This document shows, piece by piece, positions 25,179-38,986 of a stretch of 64,000 bases of DNA (its first letter is position 1; each line of letters opens with the position of its first letter). The stretch lies in contig NC_058368.1 in NCBI RefSeq assembly GCF_018350175.1, forward strand, positions 8,804,001 through 8,868,000, written 5' to 3'. The position numbers and the translations under genes are program-made. This DNA comes from Felis catus (taxonomy: Eukaryota). The notes below the pieces were generated by a model, which had not been told where the DNA came from, ran no database searches, and was given only the letters and a program-made list of their open reading frames with translations.

Positions 25179-27121
25179 TAAAATATTTGCACCAGTTTGC
25201 ATTCCCACCAGCCCCATAGGAGAGTACTTCCCAAAGCTTTGCCAATCACATATGCCATGATAGTTTTCATGTGAACCAACCCAATAGATGAGAAATAAAA
25301 ATATTGTGTTAGTTTGCACTTCTCTGATTATGAGAAACTTGGAACAATTTGCATATGTTTAAGGGCTGTTTTTTACTCTTCAGAAATCATTGACTTCCTG
25401 TTTTCCTTTTGGGTTTTTGGCCTTTGGTTTTGCATTTTCGAAGCGTTCTTTGCATACTGGGGATATTAACCCCTTATCTGTGACACATGCACAAATGTTT
25501 TCTTCTGGTTTGTTACTGTTTTTTGACTATGTCTATGGTAGTTTTTACCACTCAAACTTATAAAAAAAATTCATGCAAACTTATTATTTTATTTTCTCTG
25601 TAAATTTAATCATGGTTAGAAAGACTCTCCCACACTACTGTTATAGAGAAACCCACTCTTTTTTTTTTTTTTTCTTTCAGAACTTGCATGCTTGATCTTT
25701 CTTTTAAATTTAGACCTCTGATACATTTGAAGTTTATTCTTGGGTATGACATGAGGTATAGATCTAATTGTATCTTTTTCAAAATGGCTACCCAGCCTCC
25801 TTTATTAAAAGTCTATCATTGTCCCAATGATTTGAGATGTCATCTTTATCATCCATTAAATTTCTATACATCCTTAGGTCTATTTCTGGGGTTTCCATTC
25901 TGTTCCACTGGTCTATGATCTATGGTCTAGTCCTATGGTAGTGCCACACTGTTTAATTATAGAAGCTTTGTAGTATGTTTTAATGTCTGATATGTCTAGT
26001 CCCCCGGAGCAGATTTCCTTTTTTTAGTATTTTTCTGGGTATCCTTGCATGTTTGTTTTGCCAAATAATCTTTGTACCAATGTGTCTAACTCCATAAAAC
26101 AAAGGCTTGTTGGTATTTTTAATGGGATTGCATCAATTAACCAAGTGAGAGCTGACATCCTTCCGATGCTGAAACACCCTTTGAATCACATGAGATTCTC
26201 TCCATTTGTTTATTTTTATGTCTTCCTAGAGTAATTTTAAGTTTTCCTCATATAAGTTTTACATATGATTTGATAAATTTATTCCTGTGTATTTGATCTT
26301 CTTTGTTGCCAATGTAGATTGGGGTTTCTCTTTCATATTTTCTCTAGATAGTGTTTGTGTATAGGAAAGCTATATGGACTTGTCTGTTAATTTTGTATCT
26401 TGCCACCTTACTGAATTCTTATACTGTTTGAGTCCGTTTTATCATTGACCATCGATGTTCTAGAGCTTTCCAGTTATACTGTTGTGTCGGTAAAGACAGA
26501 GACGGTTTTACTTCTTTACCAAATATTTTGCCTCTGATTATTTTATCGTCTCTAATTGCATTGGCTAATACCATTAGGACAGTGTTGAATAGTCGTGGAG
26601 GTACACATTTTTGCCTTGTTCCTGATTTGTATGGAAATTCTTGTTGTGTTTCCACATTTAAGTAAAATAATAGCTTTAGGACTAATATATATATTTTTTA
26701 TCATCTTAAGGTGTTTTAACACATTAAGAAAGTGTCCTTCAATTCCTGTTTTCTTGAGTGCTGCTACTTGGAATGGGTATTGAATTTTTGTCCAAGGCAT
26801 TTTGAACATCTATGGAGATAACCATATTTTTTTTCCTGAGATCTATCAATATGGATTTACTAATATAAAAACTACATTAAATTACTAGAGTAGATCCCAA
26901 TTCGTCATGGTATGTTATTTTCTTTATGTGGTATTAGATTCTGTTTGCTGATATTTTAGCTCATCTTTTTGCATCAATATTCATGAGTGACAATGGTCTG
27001 CAGCTTTCTTTTTCTTCTACTTTTTTGAGAGAGTCTTCATCAGGCTTAGGTATCAAAATTGGGGTATACTCAATTTATTAAAAGAATAAGGAAGTTTTCC
27101 TTTATTTTTATATTAGTATTT

Positions 27122-27632
27122 TATACTAGTTTTCTATTTACTGCTGTAATCATCACAAACTTAGTGGCTTAAAACAGTACAAATTTAGTATCTAACAGGT
27201 CTTGAGGTCAAAAGTCCAAAGTGAGTCTCAATGACCTAAAACTGAGATATTGGCAGGCTGCATTCATTTCTGGAGGCTCTCAGGGAAGATCTGTTTTGCT
27301 GCCTTTGCCTGCTTCTCGAGGCCACTCATGTTCCTTGGTTCATGGCTTCCTTCCATTTCCAAAGCCAATAGGGATCTAGTTTTTCTTTTATCCCATCTCC
27401 CTGTTGCTGACTGTCCTGTCTCCCTCTTCCACATTTAAGGACTCTTGTAATTACATTGGCCCTTCCCATAATCCAGGATAATCTCCCTACTTCAAGGCCA
27501 GCTGATTAGCAGATTTTATTTCTACTTACAACCTTAATTCCTCTTTGCCATGTATATGGCATAGTCATAGGTACTGGGGATTTAGATACAGACATCTTTT
27601 GTGGGGAGAGAGGCAGTATTCTGCCTGCCATA
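27122..27632 (-). mobile_element. MLT1-type MaLR LTR
   Basis: cacaaacttagtggcttaaaaca .. ataatccaggataatctccc .. tattctgcctgccata. Confidence 0.8.
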
Positions 27633-27747
27633 ATCTTCATGCTCCAGAGCAATTTACAGAGCACTAGAATATTTGATTATTGCGGGTTTGGTAGACGCTC
27701 ATGGGCCTGATGCTTTTTTTGTGTGCTATCTTTAATAATTGCTCTGT

Positions 27748-27950
27748 AGGGGCACTTGGGTGGCTCAAGGCCGTTAAGCATCCGACTCTTGATTTTGGCT
27801 CAGGTCATGATCTCACAGTTGGTGAGTTAAAGCCTCATGTCAGGTTCTGCACCTACAGGGTGGAGCCTGCTTGAGATTCTCTGTCTCCCTCTCTCTGTCC
27901 CTCCTCCACTCACTTGCTCTGTCTCAAAAATAAATAAACATTTGAAAAAA
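27748..27950 (+). mobile_element. Can-SINE
   Basis: SINE body; TSD-like taataattg..tctgta. Confidence 0.9.
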
Positions 27951-28646
27951 TAATAATTGTGTCTGTATCCTCTGTGGAAATTTGGTGCGTTTAAATATTT
28001 TCCCTCTCTTAGGCTCAATTTTGGTAATCTATGTTTCTTTAGAAAATTATCAATTTAATGTAAGATTTCAAATTTATTTGTATAGAGGTGGGCAAACAAA
28101 GCCTCTTAAGACGTTTAATTCTTTTTTCCATTCACTTTTTGTCATTCCTTATTTTATTTGTGCTTTCCCTCTTTTTTATTAAGTTAGCTAGTGGTTTGCT
28201 ATTTTGTTAACTTTTTTCAATTAAGTCTACTGGTTTCCTATTCTGTATTTCATTAATTTCTGCTTGTGTCTTTATCATTTTCTTCTTAGTGCTTTCTTTC
28301 AGTCTACTTTGTTGTTGTTTGCTAGGTTTGTTTTTTTTTCAGCTAAGTATTTGAGTCATTCATTTACATCCTTTTATTTATTACTTATGAAAGCATCTCC
28401 TGCTATGAGTTTTTCTCCAAAAACTGCTTTAAATGTATCCCATGTGTTAGTGTTTTTGTATTTTGTTTTAGTGGCTTAAAAAAAAAATCCTTTGATTTCA
28501 CTTTATGTCTTTACTGTTACCCAAGAGTTGTCACGTAGGAGGAGGCTTTTTAAATTTTTCAGGTGGATGACCGTTTTGGTTTTGGTTTGGTTAAGGATTT
28601 CTATTTTCCTTTCATTAGTTAATAATTTCTACTATTACTGCATTGT

Positions 28647-28883
28647 TTTTTTTTTGTTTTTTGTTTTTTAATTTTTTTTTCAACGTTTATTTATTTTTGG
28701 GACAGAGAGAGACAGAGCATGAACGGGGGAGAGGCAGAGAGAGAGGGAGACACAGAATTGGAAACAGGCTCCAGGCTCTGAGCCATCAGCCCAGAGCCCG
28801 ACGCGGGGCTCAAACTCACGGACCGCGAGATCGTGACCTGGTTGAAGTCGGACGCTTAACCGACTGCGCCACCCAGGCGCCCC
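28647..28883 (-). mobile_element. Young felid Can-SINE
   Basis: Perfect 17-bp TSD tactattactgcattgt at 28630-28646 and 28884-28900. Confidence 0.95.
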
Positions 28884-29544
28884 TACTATTACTGCATTGT
28901 GATCAGTTTTGTTCATCATATTTTTAATTCATGGAACCTACTGACATTTTCTTTGTGACCAGTTTTTATGAATGGTTCAAAAGCCCTTGATAAAAAAGGT
29001 GTGTTCACTTATATTATCAAAATATACAGTTCAATATATATCCATAAGACCTACCTAGCTGATTATGTTTTGTTTTGTTTGTCCATTTAATCTGTCTTGA
29101 ATTAAGAGTGGTAAACCTCGGACATAAATTTTATTGGAGCATAGATATTCATAAGTATTATATCTTCATTGGAGATTTGGCTTTCAACAATAAAAGGTGC
29201 CCTTCTTTGTTGTGTTTAACACTTTTAGGCTTGAATCAGGGCTGCTACTGCTGCTTTCTTAATGTTTCCATTTTCCTGAAATACCTTTACCCATCCATTT
29301 GTATTTTGTTTTTTAAATCTTTTTTTATATATTTAATGGAGATAGCATATAACTGGGCCTTCCATTGTGAACAAAATTGAGGATCTTTTTGCTTTTGATT
29401 GGTAAATTTAGTCCGTTACACTTATTGATACGGTTGATATGTTAGATCTCATTTCTATCATGTTTTATAATTGCATGTATTATGTTATTTAGTCTGTGTT
29501 TCTTTTTCTAAAGATGTGTATTATTTGCCCTTGAATTTAATTTA

Positions 29545-29875
29545 TGGCCTCCACGGTAAGTTTAGTTGCCATCTATAATCATAAAAACTTATTATAATAT
29601 TACTGACTATATTTCATATGCCACACATTGCATCCCCATGACTTACTTATTTTATGAGTGGAAGTTTGCACCTCTTAATCCCCGTCACCTATTTTGTGCA
29701 CATCCAACCCCCTCCACCCTGTGGTAACCCCCCATTTGTTTCCTGTATCTCTGAGTCTGTTTCTATTTTGTTTTGTGTTACAGATTCCACATATAAGTGA
29801 AATCATACAATATTTGTCTGTTTCTGTCTGACTTATTTCCCTTAGCCTAACACCCTCAAAGTCTATTCATGTTGC
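29545..29875 (-). mobile_element. L1 (L1MA/carnivore-type) 3' fragment
   Basis: agattccacatataagtgaaatcatacaatatttgtct..ctgacttatttc motif. Confidence 0.75.
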
Positions 29876-30382
29876 CGGTTCTTTCATTGTAACGAACAGA
29901 ATTTAGGGACATTGTATTTTTGTTCTAGCTGTTACCTTTGTACTTACACCTTCCTTGTTTTCTTAGTTACCCTTTGACCATCTGGTTTGCCAATTTAAAA
30001 TTAGATCCTTAACTCCCACCTATTTTCTGCCTGGCAACCAATGAGCTTCTTTTACCTTTTTTATTCTCTCTTCTGCCCCTTACCAGTTTTTAGTTGCATT
30101 ATTTCTATTTGTTATTTGTATTTCTATTTGTATAGCATTTGTATACCCGTCTTCCACCCTCATTGTCTCCTTTGTTTTTGACTTAGATCTACAATCCACT
30201 TTATAAATGCTCACATCAGTCCTTCTGCTAAAATTTTCCAATTACCTCTTAGTCCAATGAAGCTCAACTCTAGGCTGTTCCTAAAGAAAGATGCATGCCC
30301 TGTGTGTTTCCATGTTATCCTATAGCTTTGATTTCAAATTTGTAGAAAATCCTTGTTTCATATATATATATTTTGAATAAAA

Positions 30383-30600
30383 TTTTTTTTTGATGTTTAT
30401 ATTTATTTTTGAGACAGAGAGATACAGAACATGAGCGGGGGAGGGGCAGAGAGAGAGGGAGACACAGAATCCATAGCAGGCTCCAGGCTCCGAGCTGTCA
30501 GCCCAGAGCCCGACGGACACAGGGCTCGAACTCACAAACCATGAGATCATGACCTGAGCCGAAGTTGGACACTTAACCGACTGAGCCACCCAGGCGCCCC
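30383..30600 (-). mobile_element. Can-SINE
   Basis: Reverse body ending caggcgcccc. Confidence 0.92.
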
Positions 30601-31325
30601 TCATATATTTTTTTAATTAAGATGTTTCTGTTTATTTATTTTTAAGTGCTATTCTATTGTTGTCTTGCTTTGAATATTTATTTATTTATACTTCTGCCCT
30701 TGTAATTGGGTCATCTTTTTACCTAGAGGTCTTGATTTTTTTTTTTTTTTTTAATCTCTAAATTGTAACAGGTTTAATAGGATACAGCTTAGAACTGCTA
30801 AATCTGGGCTCGTTTTCCCAGGACCCAGTGGCCCCTTTCAATATGAAGATTCGATTCTCTGGAAAATTTTCTTACACTACAATGTTAAAGTATTAGACCT
30901 GTTCCATTGTTTTGTTTTCCCTCTTCAAGGAGTCTCATACTGTGAGTCTTAATTCTTCATGATCTGTTTTCCATTTCAGTATTTTCTCTATGACCCACTT
31001 TACTTCTTTTCTTTTCTCATTTTTCTTTTCTTAGTTTTTCTACTTCTTGAAATATTTCTTGTTAAATTTTCATTTTACTTTTTCTTATCTTGAGCACCGT
31101 GTAACTTAATCTTCATTTCTGAAATAATTATCTTTTCTTCCGTTTTGAAATTCACTGTCTTTTTATTATTTCCTGTTCTTTGTCCATTTATGTTCTTAGG
31201 GCATGTATTTCTCGTTCAAAATCTTTTCTTTCATGTTTCCAAATACTATTTTTTGGATATTTAATACAGCTTTGAGTGTTCTTTTATAGATTTCTTCTGT
31301 TTCGTGGCTGCTTTCTTGGAGGACA

Positions 31326-31702
31326 TTTTTTTTTTTAATATAATTTATTGTCAAGTTGGCTGATACACAGTGTGTAAAGTGCGCTCTTGGTTTTTGGGGT
31401 AGATTCCCGTGGTTCATCGCTTACATACAACACCCAGCGCTCATCCCAACAAGTGCCCTCCTCAATGCCCATCATCCATTCTCCTCCCCTCTCCTCCACC
31501 CCCCACCCTCAGTTTGTTCTCTGTATTTGAGAGTCTTTTATGGTTTGCCTCCCTCCCTCTCTATTTGTAGCTTTTTCCCCCCTTCCCTTCCTACATGGTC
31601 TTCTGTTAAATTTCTCAAGATCCACATATGACTGAAACCGTATGGTATCTGTCTTCCTCGGACTGACTTATTTCACTCAGCATAATACCTTCTAGTTCCA
31701 TC
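31326..31702 (-). mobile_element. Felid L1 3' end (short, 5'-truncated)
   Basis: Poly-T followed by the reverse complement of an L1 3' UTR homologous to ~20130-20434. Confidence 0.88.
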
Positions 31703-32339
31703 TAGTGAAGGTGTAGTAAGGATCGCTATTATGATCATTTGTGAGATCTTTGTATTTGCTTATTCATTGCTTTCTGTTCATTTTTGTCATATTGGGCTGC
31801 TTTTCAAGATGACCGGTCTAGTGCCTTCTTCCGTCAGTGTAGCAAAGTCTGGATTCTTTCATGGTTTGCGGGGAGCGAGTGGAGCCAGGGATTTGTGTCT
31901 CTGGTTGCTGAACACTCTTCATCTTGCAGGGCCCTGAATTTCCCCTTAAATTTCTCTTCCCCTTCAACACCCAGTTTCCGTAGCGCCCTTCTCTCCTTTG
32001 TGCCTTTCTGCTTCCCCAGCCTTGCTTCACTGCAAAGACTGCCGCTTCAGATCGCACATACCTTCAGGTGTCTTCCCTTTAGGCTACACTTGGCTCTGTA
32101 TTCTTAAGTTAGGCTGAGAAGGCGGTCTTTACGTATTCTGTTCTTCTTGTTATGCCTTGTCCATTTTGAAGAACCATTTGGAGATGTGGCCATAGGCAGA
32201 TTCTGTTGTCTTTCTTCTGTCTCCCCTTTCTATATCTTTATTGTATTGGTAGAACATACCCCCTTGCTTTTCCTAAAGATATTTATTTGTACTTTTTACC
32301 TCTTCTCTCTTTGACGTGAGTGCGTTTTTGGCCTTTAAC

Positions 32340-33090
32340 CATTTATGCGTTAACCCAATAAATATTTATTCAGTAGTACTCTGTACTGCTCAAAGTGGCG
32401 AGTGCAACAGTGACAGGATATCAAAATCCCAACCTAACTGGGAGCACGTTCTAGTAGAAGGAGATAAACGAACCAATAAGCATGTTGTGGTAAGCACCTT
32501 GGAGAAGAAAAAAATCAGGAAAAAGAGCATAGGGAGTCCTGGGGTAGGTGAGGCTGTGTTGTGAATGTACATAGGTAGTTAAGAAAGGGCTTACCAACAT
32601 GGCGACAGTGGTTAGGGAACAAGGTGTGGCTATCTGGGGAAATGGTTTTCCAGGCAGAAGGATCAACGGGGACAAAATGCCCAGCATGGGAAAATACAGC
32701 AGGGAGGCCAGCATGGCTGGAGTATGGTAGCTGATGGGGAGAGGGCTACATAATAAGATCAGAGAGGTAAGAGAAGGGCCACGAAGGGCCATTGAGAAGA
32801 CTTTGGCTTTCATTCTGAGTAAGAACAGAAGTATTTGGAGGACAGAGGATAGAGAGGAGACATACTATGACTTTTATTTCTGATATTTCTTTTAGTCTAA
32901 TTTGTTGAGAACAGACTGGAAGAAGGGGCAACAATAGATACAGGAATGCCAATTGGGAGGCTGTTGCCATGATCCAAGTGAAATATGTTGGCAGCCTAGA
33001 CCAGGATACTTAGAAGTGTAGGAGGTGGTCACATGACTGATCTACTTTTAAGGTATAGCAAACAAGATTTGCCACTGGATTATGTGTGAG
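32340..33090 (-). mobile_element. L2 fragment
   Basis: aataaatatttattcagtagtactctgt start; ggaggccagcatggctggag and gactttggctttcattctgagt motifs. Confidence 0.7.
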
Positions 33091-33684
33091 ATTACGGTTC
33101 ATTACACTATTTGCAAAGAACCGTGGCCACCTTCACTGTAAGCGTAGGCTCTTTGTAAACACCAGATGTAATCACTAGTAGGGGGACACCTAACATTTCC
33201 TTCCCTGAAGTGGCAGCGAATTCGGGAATCTGGGTATATGGTGCGGAATAAAAGTTATGTGGTATCATTGGTTTGAGGCCATGGGGCAATCTAAAGCAAG
33301 CATTGCTAACGGTGTTATTTGGTGATAGACACACACAGATAAGTGGCCAGGGTCTTATCATCAGTGGGATAAAGAAGAAAGATGGTAAAGTGGCTGTGAC
33401 ATCTTTCTTCCGCTCTTATCCTGTGAAAGTAATAATGGAAAGCCGCACCCTTAAAATCTTGTACTTCTCAGAGCGCCAAAGCAAAAGAAGAGTTCAAGTG
33501 CATGTCAGAGCAGTTTTTCCATCTTTGCCTGACGATGTCTGCACAAATGGGCTCAAGGATTACTGTTTCTCAGAGGTTTTAAACACCTTCCAAATGTTAG
33601 AGCAACAGTTGTGTTATTGCATATTAGCAACGTCTCTGTATCCTGAAGTTCTTCAGCTTAACTAGGGTAAATCCACTCAATCTT

Positions 33685-33890
33685 GTATTTATTTCAACAT
33701 TTAATGGTACTTACTGTGTATCTGGCACTGTGCTAAGTGATAAGGATACAGCCGTATCTTTACGGGCAGATGCGGTCACTGTTCTCATGAAGTTAATGAC
33801 CTAGTAGGAAGACAGACATGTAACAGATCGCATAACTATTGAATTTCCCTGATGAGAAATGCTACAAAGGAGAAACAGAGGTTTCCCTGA
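33685..33890 (-). mobile_element. L2 3' fragment
   Basis: caacatttaatggtacttactgtgtatctggcactgtgctaag. Confidence 0.6.
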
Positions 33891-35234
33891 GAAACTCAAC
33901 CTGGCTGAAGGATAGGGGACCAGTCTTACCAAAGGTAAGAGGCCGTATGCTGAGAGCAGTGACACATTACTCCCCTTTATGCAATGATCCCAGTCTGTTC
34001 TTGGGGAGATTGCTGCTTCCCCGCAGTATAGTAAGGCGGATTAGAGAATCAGGGGGCTGGAATGGATACTAGATGGGTCACAGACACCACTCCAGTGTCC
34101 AGTTTCTTTCACCCGTTTTTTTAATAATGGCTGTTACATTGTTGGTTCAGCTCAATGTCCACTGTGATCAGCCTTCTCATCTAATGTATGTCAAATAATC
34201 AGATGTGCTTTGGAGCTTCGCCAGCTACTATCTATCTCTCTATCTGCTACTACCCACCAGTTCTCCGCTCGTGTCCAACCTCTGTATCCAGCTAGTAGAG
34301 ATCATTTTGGATTTCACTGCTTTTAGGAGCGTTGTCACTGCTTCTGAATATAACGCAGAAACTTAAAGGAGGATGCCTCGCTTGGAGTCATCCCCCTCAC
34401 TGATTTAACAGAAAAAAGAATAATAAAGTTAAAGGTTTCTGTTTTGTATTTTCCCTTTCCAGCCCATTCTCACCGCATTAAAATCTCTAGATGGATTGTG
34501 TTCAGTAAAAGCTACGCGCATTTTCCTGGCCATCCCCTTTGCTATAATCCAGTGCAAAGGCTCATATTTTCAATGCATGGGAAAAGGAGGGGCAGAGACG
34601 GTGGAACCAAAATAAACAGATGGTTGCCTTGACAATCTGTAAGAGGCTCTTTCATGAGCATTTTTCATGGTTTTCTTTTGAAATAAACAGTGAGACAGTG
34701 ATACAATTTTTATCTCGTCAACCTCCTGCAAATGGCCCCATGGCTTTCAAACTCCACAAAATACCAAAATGCCTCTGCCAGGAAGCCACCTTTGCTTAGC
34801 TTGACTCCTTCGAGGTCCCATCCCACATCCCTCAGGAAATGTCTCTGGGACCTGTTCTCCGGGCAGGTGTTGTGGGTATGAACGCGAGTGAGGCACAGCA
34901 AGGGGGCCGTGATATTTGGGGGGAAGACAGAGAAGAACAATTATCATCACGTGAAGCAGAATGTCATTAGCAAGAGCAAGGATACAGAATGACATGATGG
35001 CACAGAGAGGGAGAAAATTCCCTCTCAGTGGTAGAATCAGGCAGAAGAAGGAAAGTGGCACTGACGGGGACAAGGGAGCCAAGTTTGAGCAGAAGACTTG
35101 GGTCGGACGGGGGTGATTGTGAGTGGGAGATGGGTCAGGAAGTCCAACTTTCAGGAAGATGAACAGAAATAATAAAATTGAACATTGTAACATTGACTTA
35201 GGCACATGGTTTCTACTTTGTCAGTTTAAATTTA

Positions 35235-35440
35235 CTTTTTCAAAAAAATTTTTTAAATGTTTATTTATTTTTGAGAGAGAGCAGGAGCAGGGGTAGGGGA
35301 GAGAGAGGGGGAAACACAGAATCTCAGGCACGTTCCAGGCTCTGAGCCATCAGCACAGAGCCTGATGCGAGGCTCAAACTCGTGAGATCATGACCTGAGC
35401 TGATGTCAGTCGCTTAACCAACTGAGCCACCCAAGAGCCC
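35235..35440 (-). mobile_element. Can-SINE
   Basis: Reverse body; TSD-like ttctact..agtttaa. Confidence 0.9.
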
Positions 35441-35699
35441 TTCTACTGTTAGTTTAAGGTTATTTGCACATTGGTTTGTAAATGTATGTTAAAACAAAAC
35501 AAAACAAAACAAAAAACAAAACTACAGTAGAGGCTCTTGTCCCAAGTTCTGAAAATATTTATTTCATAAATATGTTTGAATATCCTTTTGTATTTTTACA
35601 TGCTCAGATCCCTTATCTAGATTATAACATCGCACAAACTTGCAATGGTGTAGGGCTTACAGATAATAAAGGCCCAACGAGTACAAAGCAATTAGTACA

Positions 35700-35940
35700 A
35701 CTCAGTGGCTGAAGACATAAGCTTTGGAGTCAGATCTGAGTTGAAGACCCCACTCTATCATTTCCTAACTTCATGTTCACCTGACAGGTTAGGTTGGGTG
35801 ATCCTTGATATTTCTTATCTGCAAAATGCAGGCAGTATTAGGGCTTATCTTACATTGTTACCCAGTGTTACTCAAGGTGACACAAGCCATTGCACACAAA
35901 GTCCTAACTAAGCACAGTGCCTGGCATCTGTTAATGATCA
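35700..35940 (+). mobile_element. MIR
   Basis: gctttggagtcagatctgagtt .. tttcttatctgcaaaatg .. agcacagtgcctggca. Confidence 0.7.
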
Positions 35941-36757
35941 GGGAAGATTCATTATTAGTTATGGCTCCAAAACGTAGAGTGTTTGTAAGATTTTCTCTGG
36001 AGACACATATCAATAGGACTTCTAACGTATCTAAATGTTCATTCCTATTCCAGTGCAAGAAAATATGCAGGGAATTAAAACCATGTCAAACTTTTTAAAA
36101 CATTGAGAACCATTAAAATGCCCCAGATTTCATCAGCTTGTGAGGTCACAGCTTCCTTTTATGCCAAATCACAGTAGTCTAAACCCCCGTTATATATGCC
36201 TTCAATAAGTTCAGTCTTGTTTTTCAGATATGCAGACACATTGCAGACTCCTTAGAAAATTTTCAGGCGAAGAGAACCTCCCTACCTAGCCCTTGGCTTG
36301 CCCTTGTGTTATAGAGTCCAGTTTATCTCCCTCAAAGTGAGTTTCACTGAGCATTTTTCCACTTCTAAATGCCCCAAAGGAAGGAGCTGTCCTTTTTCTC
36401 GCCCTAGCCCAGGGCTCCATCCCAATATCTTCAGTGACCTCTTCAAAGGACATTTTGTCTATAGGAGGGACCACTTCCTTCAAGGGGAATCTTCCTCCCA
36501 CCAGGTGGCCCTTAAAAGACAACAAACAGGTCCCAGATTAGGCCCCTCATTCTCATTCCCAACTAGAAGGAACCAGGGCTCCTGGAGGGGATGCCTGGTC
36601 CCAGATCTGAAGCAGGAAATATCCTAGATGAGCCAGGGATACTGTGTTGTGTCAGAAAGGAAGGAAGATAGACTTACGTCCAAAGGACCCAGGGGCCAAC
36701 AAAAAGGTGCTCCCATTAGCCAGAGAGGAAATAAATGTAGCATCTAAAAAGAATATT

Positions 36758-36906
36758 GGGGGTGCCTGAGTGGCTTAGTCAGTTGAGCCTCCAACTCTTG
36801 ATTTTGGCTCAGGTCATGATCTTGCGGTTTGTGGGTTCGAGTCCTACACTGGGCTTTCTGTTGTCAGCACCGAGCCCGCTTTGGGTCCTCTGCCCGCCTC
36901 TCTCTG

Positions 36907-36947
<41 letters not shown>

Positions 36948-36989
36948 AATAAATATTAAAAATATTTTTAAAAATAGAATAAAATAAAA
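36758..36989 (+). mobile_element. Can-SINE with (CT)n
   Basis: ggggtgcctgagtggcttagtc head, A-rich tail. Confidence 0.9.
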
Positions 36990-37019
36990 AGGGTAATAAA
37001 TGCAATCGACTAAGACACA

Positions 37020-38020
37020 TTGTGTACAGTCACGTAAAAACATGTTTATAATGTTTCGTAAAAGCAAGAGAAAGCAAAAACCTCCTTCGGTATCATCCCA
37101 ACGCCAAGTCTCCATTCAAAACATTGGCACTTTAGGGGAAAGGATTCAGCATTGATCCTATCGTTCCTGTATAAACTGTATTGCAGGGAAATGAAATCAC
37201 CCTGGTTGATGATGAAAATTTTTTTTCTTGCGTGGAAATGCCAGCTAATAAATGGAGAAGGATGATGGAACCAGAACATCCCGTTGTAAGTCCCAGTGAA
37301 ATAATCGATTCAGAAGTCATCATTAACAGATGAAACCATCAGATGAAAGGTTGATGGGGAACATTATAGAGGAGGAGGTGAGGCTGTCACCTCTGAGCCA
37401 TTCGGCGTCACTAAAAATGGAACATGGCGTGCTTCCCGATGGGATGTCATAGTATGTGCACATCACAGCTCAGGTACTGTTGCCCAAATAAATCAAACCT
37501 GAATCTCATCCAGCCACGAGAACTACATTTCATTTACAGGCAGGTAGGAATGAGTCAAATGGGATCATGAGGAAACAAAGAGGCAAAACCAGAGTGTGGG
37601 ACATTCTACAAGCCAGTCAACCCAGTTTCTGAACAAGTCAACGGCAGGGGGCAGGGAGGGAGGGCAGAAGTGGGCATTGCTTTTGATAAATGAGGCTTCA
37701 GAGGCAACATCAAATGTAATATGTGGACCTAGTTTGAGTCCTGACTCAAGAAAACCTACTGTAAGATATTTTTTTCTTTGAGAAAGCAGGAAGAGTTTTT
37801 ATGAACGAGGCATTAGATGCCAAGCTATACTGTCAGTTTTGTTCGGTGTTTCAATGGCATTGGGATTATATAAAAGTGTTCATAATTTTTAGCAATGCAC
37901 ACTGAAGTGTTCGCGTTTTGCTTCAAAATAGTTTAACAAAGGACATAAAAGGCATAGGTGGAAATAAAGTGATAAAATCCCCATGATTGCTAACTCTGGG
38001 TGATGGATGGATGGAAAGGA
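37020..38020 (+). mobile_element. Old L1MC-type 3' UTR relic
   Basis: ccatcagatgaaaggttgatggggaac and gtgggacattctacaag motifs. Confidence 0.55.
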
Positions 38021-38076
38021 AAAAAAGGGCTTGGAAGAAGCATCCCCAAATCTTGACAACTATTGAAACTGGAAAT

Positions 38077-38512
38077 GGGGGGCGCCTGGGTGGCTCAGTC
38101 GGTTAAGCGTCCGACTTCAGCTCAGGTCATGATCTCGCGGTCCGTGAGTTCGAGCCCCGCATCGGGCTCTGTGCTGACCGCTCAGAGCCTGGAGCCTGTT
38201 TCAGGTTCTGTGTCTCCCTCTCTCTCTGCCCCTCCCCCGTTCATGCTCTGTCTCTCTCTGTCTCAAAAATAAATAAATGTTAAAAAAAAAATTTAAGGGG
38301 CGCCTGGGTGGCGCAGTCGGTTAAGCGTCCGACTTCAGCCAGGTCACGATCTCGCGGTCCGTGAGTTCGAGCCCCGCGTCAGGCTCTGGGCTGATGGCTC
38401 AGAGCCTGGAGCCTGTTTCCGATTCTGTGTCTCCCTCTCTCTCTGCCCCTCCCCCGTTCATGCTCTGTCTCTCTCTGTCTCAAAAATAAATAAACGTTAA
38501 AAAAAAAAAAAA
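38077..38512 (+). mobile_element. Head-to-tail Can-SINE dimer (38077-38296 and 38297-38512)
   Basis: Two full bodies bounded by one TSD gaaactggaaatggg at 38065-38079 and 38513-38527. Confidence 0.95.
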
Positions 38513-38758
38513 GAAACTGGAAATGGGTATGTGAAGGTCCTTTGTATTTATCCCTGTCTTCTTGAGTATGTTTGAAGCTTTTTAACTTACACAGAAAGAG
38601 TTATGGCACAACTCTAGGACATTGGTGCCTCTCTCGACATCTGGGTTATCTGCACCGTGGGCTTTACCACATGTGAGATTTCAGCAACACTGCAGCGGAT
38701 GGGCATGGCCACCCCACTCTCCAGCCCTTAGTGCCTTCTGCACAAGAAGGGAAGCAGT

Positions 38759-38986
38759 GGGGCGCCTGGGTGGCGCAGTCGGTTAAGCGTCCGACTTCAG
38801 CCAGGTCACGATCTCCCGGTCTGTGAGTTCGAGCCCCGCGTCAGGCTCTGGGCTGATGGCTCAGAGCCTGGAGCTGTTTCCGATTCTGTGTCTCCCTCTC
38901 TCTCTGCCCCTCCCCTGTTCATGCTCTGTCTCTCTCTGTCCCAAAAATAAATAAACGTTGAAAAAAAAAAAAGAAAATTTTAAAAA
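38759..38986 (+). mobile_element. Young felid Can-SINE
   Basis: TSD aagaagggaagcag at 38744-38757 and 38987-39000. Confidence 0.95.

Larger units (their letters stand above)
24700..29500 (-). mobile_element. Long old L1M relic (3' UTR and ORF2), interrupted by three SINEs and an MLT1 LTR
   Basis: The minus peptides KSGTRQKC..LFNTVLMVLANAIR and KIQYPF..KTGIEGHFLN are degenerate L1 RT motifs; T-rich on the + strand. Confidence 0.8.
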
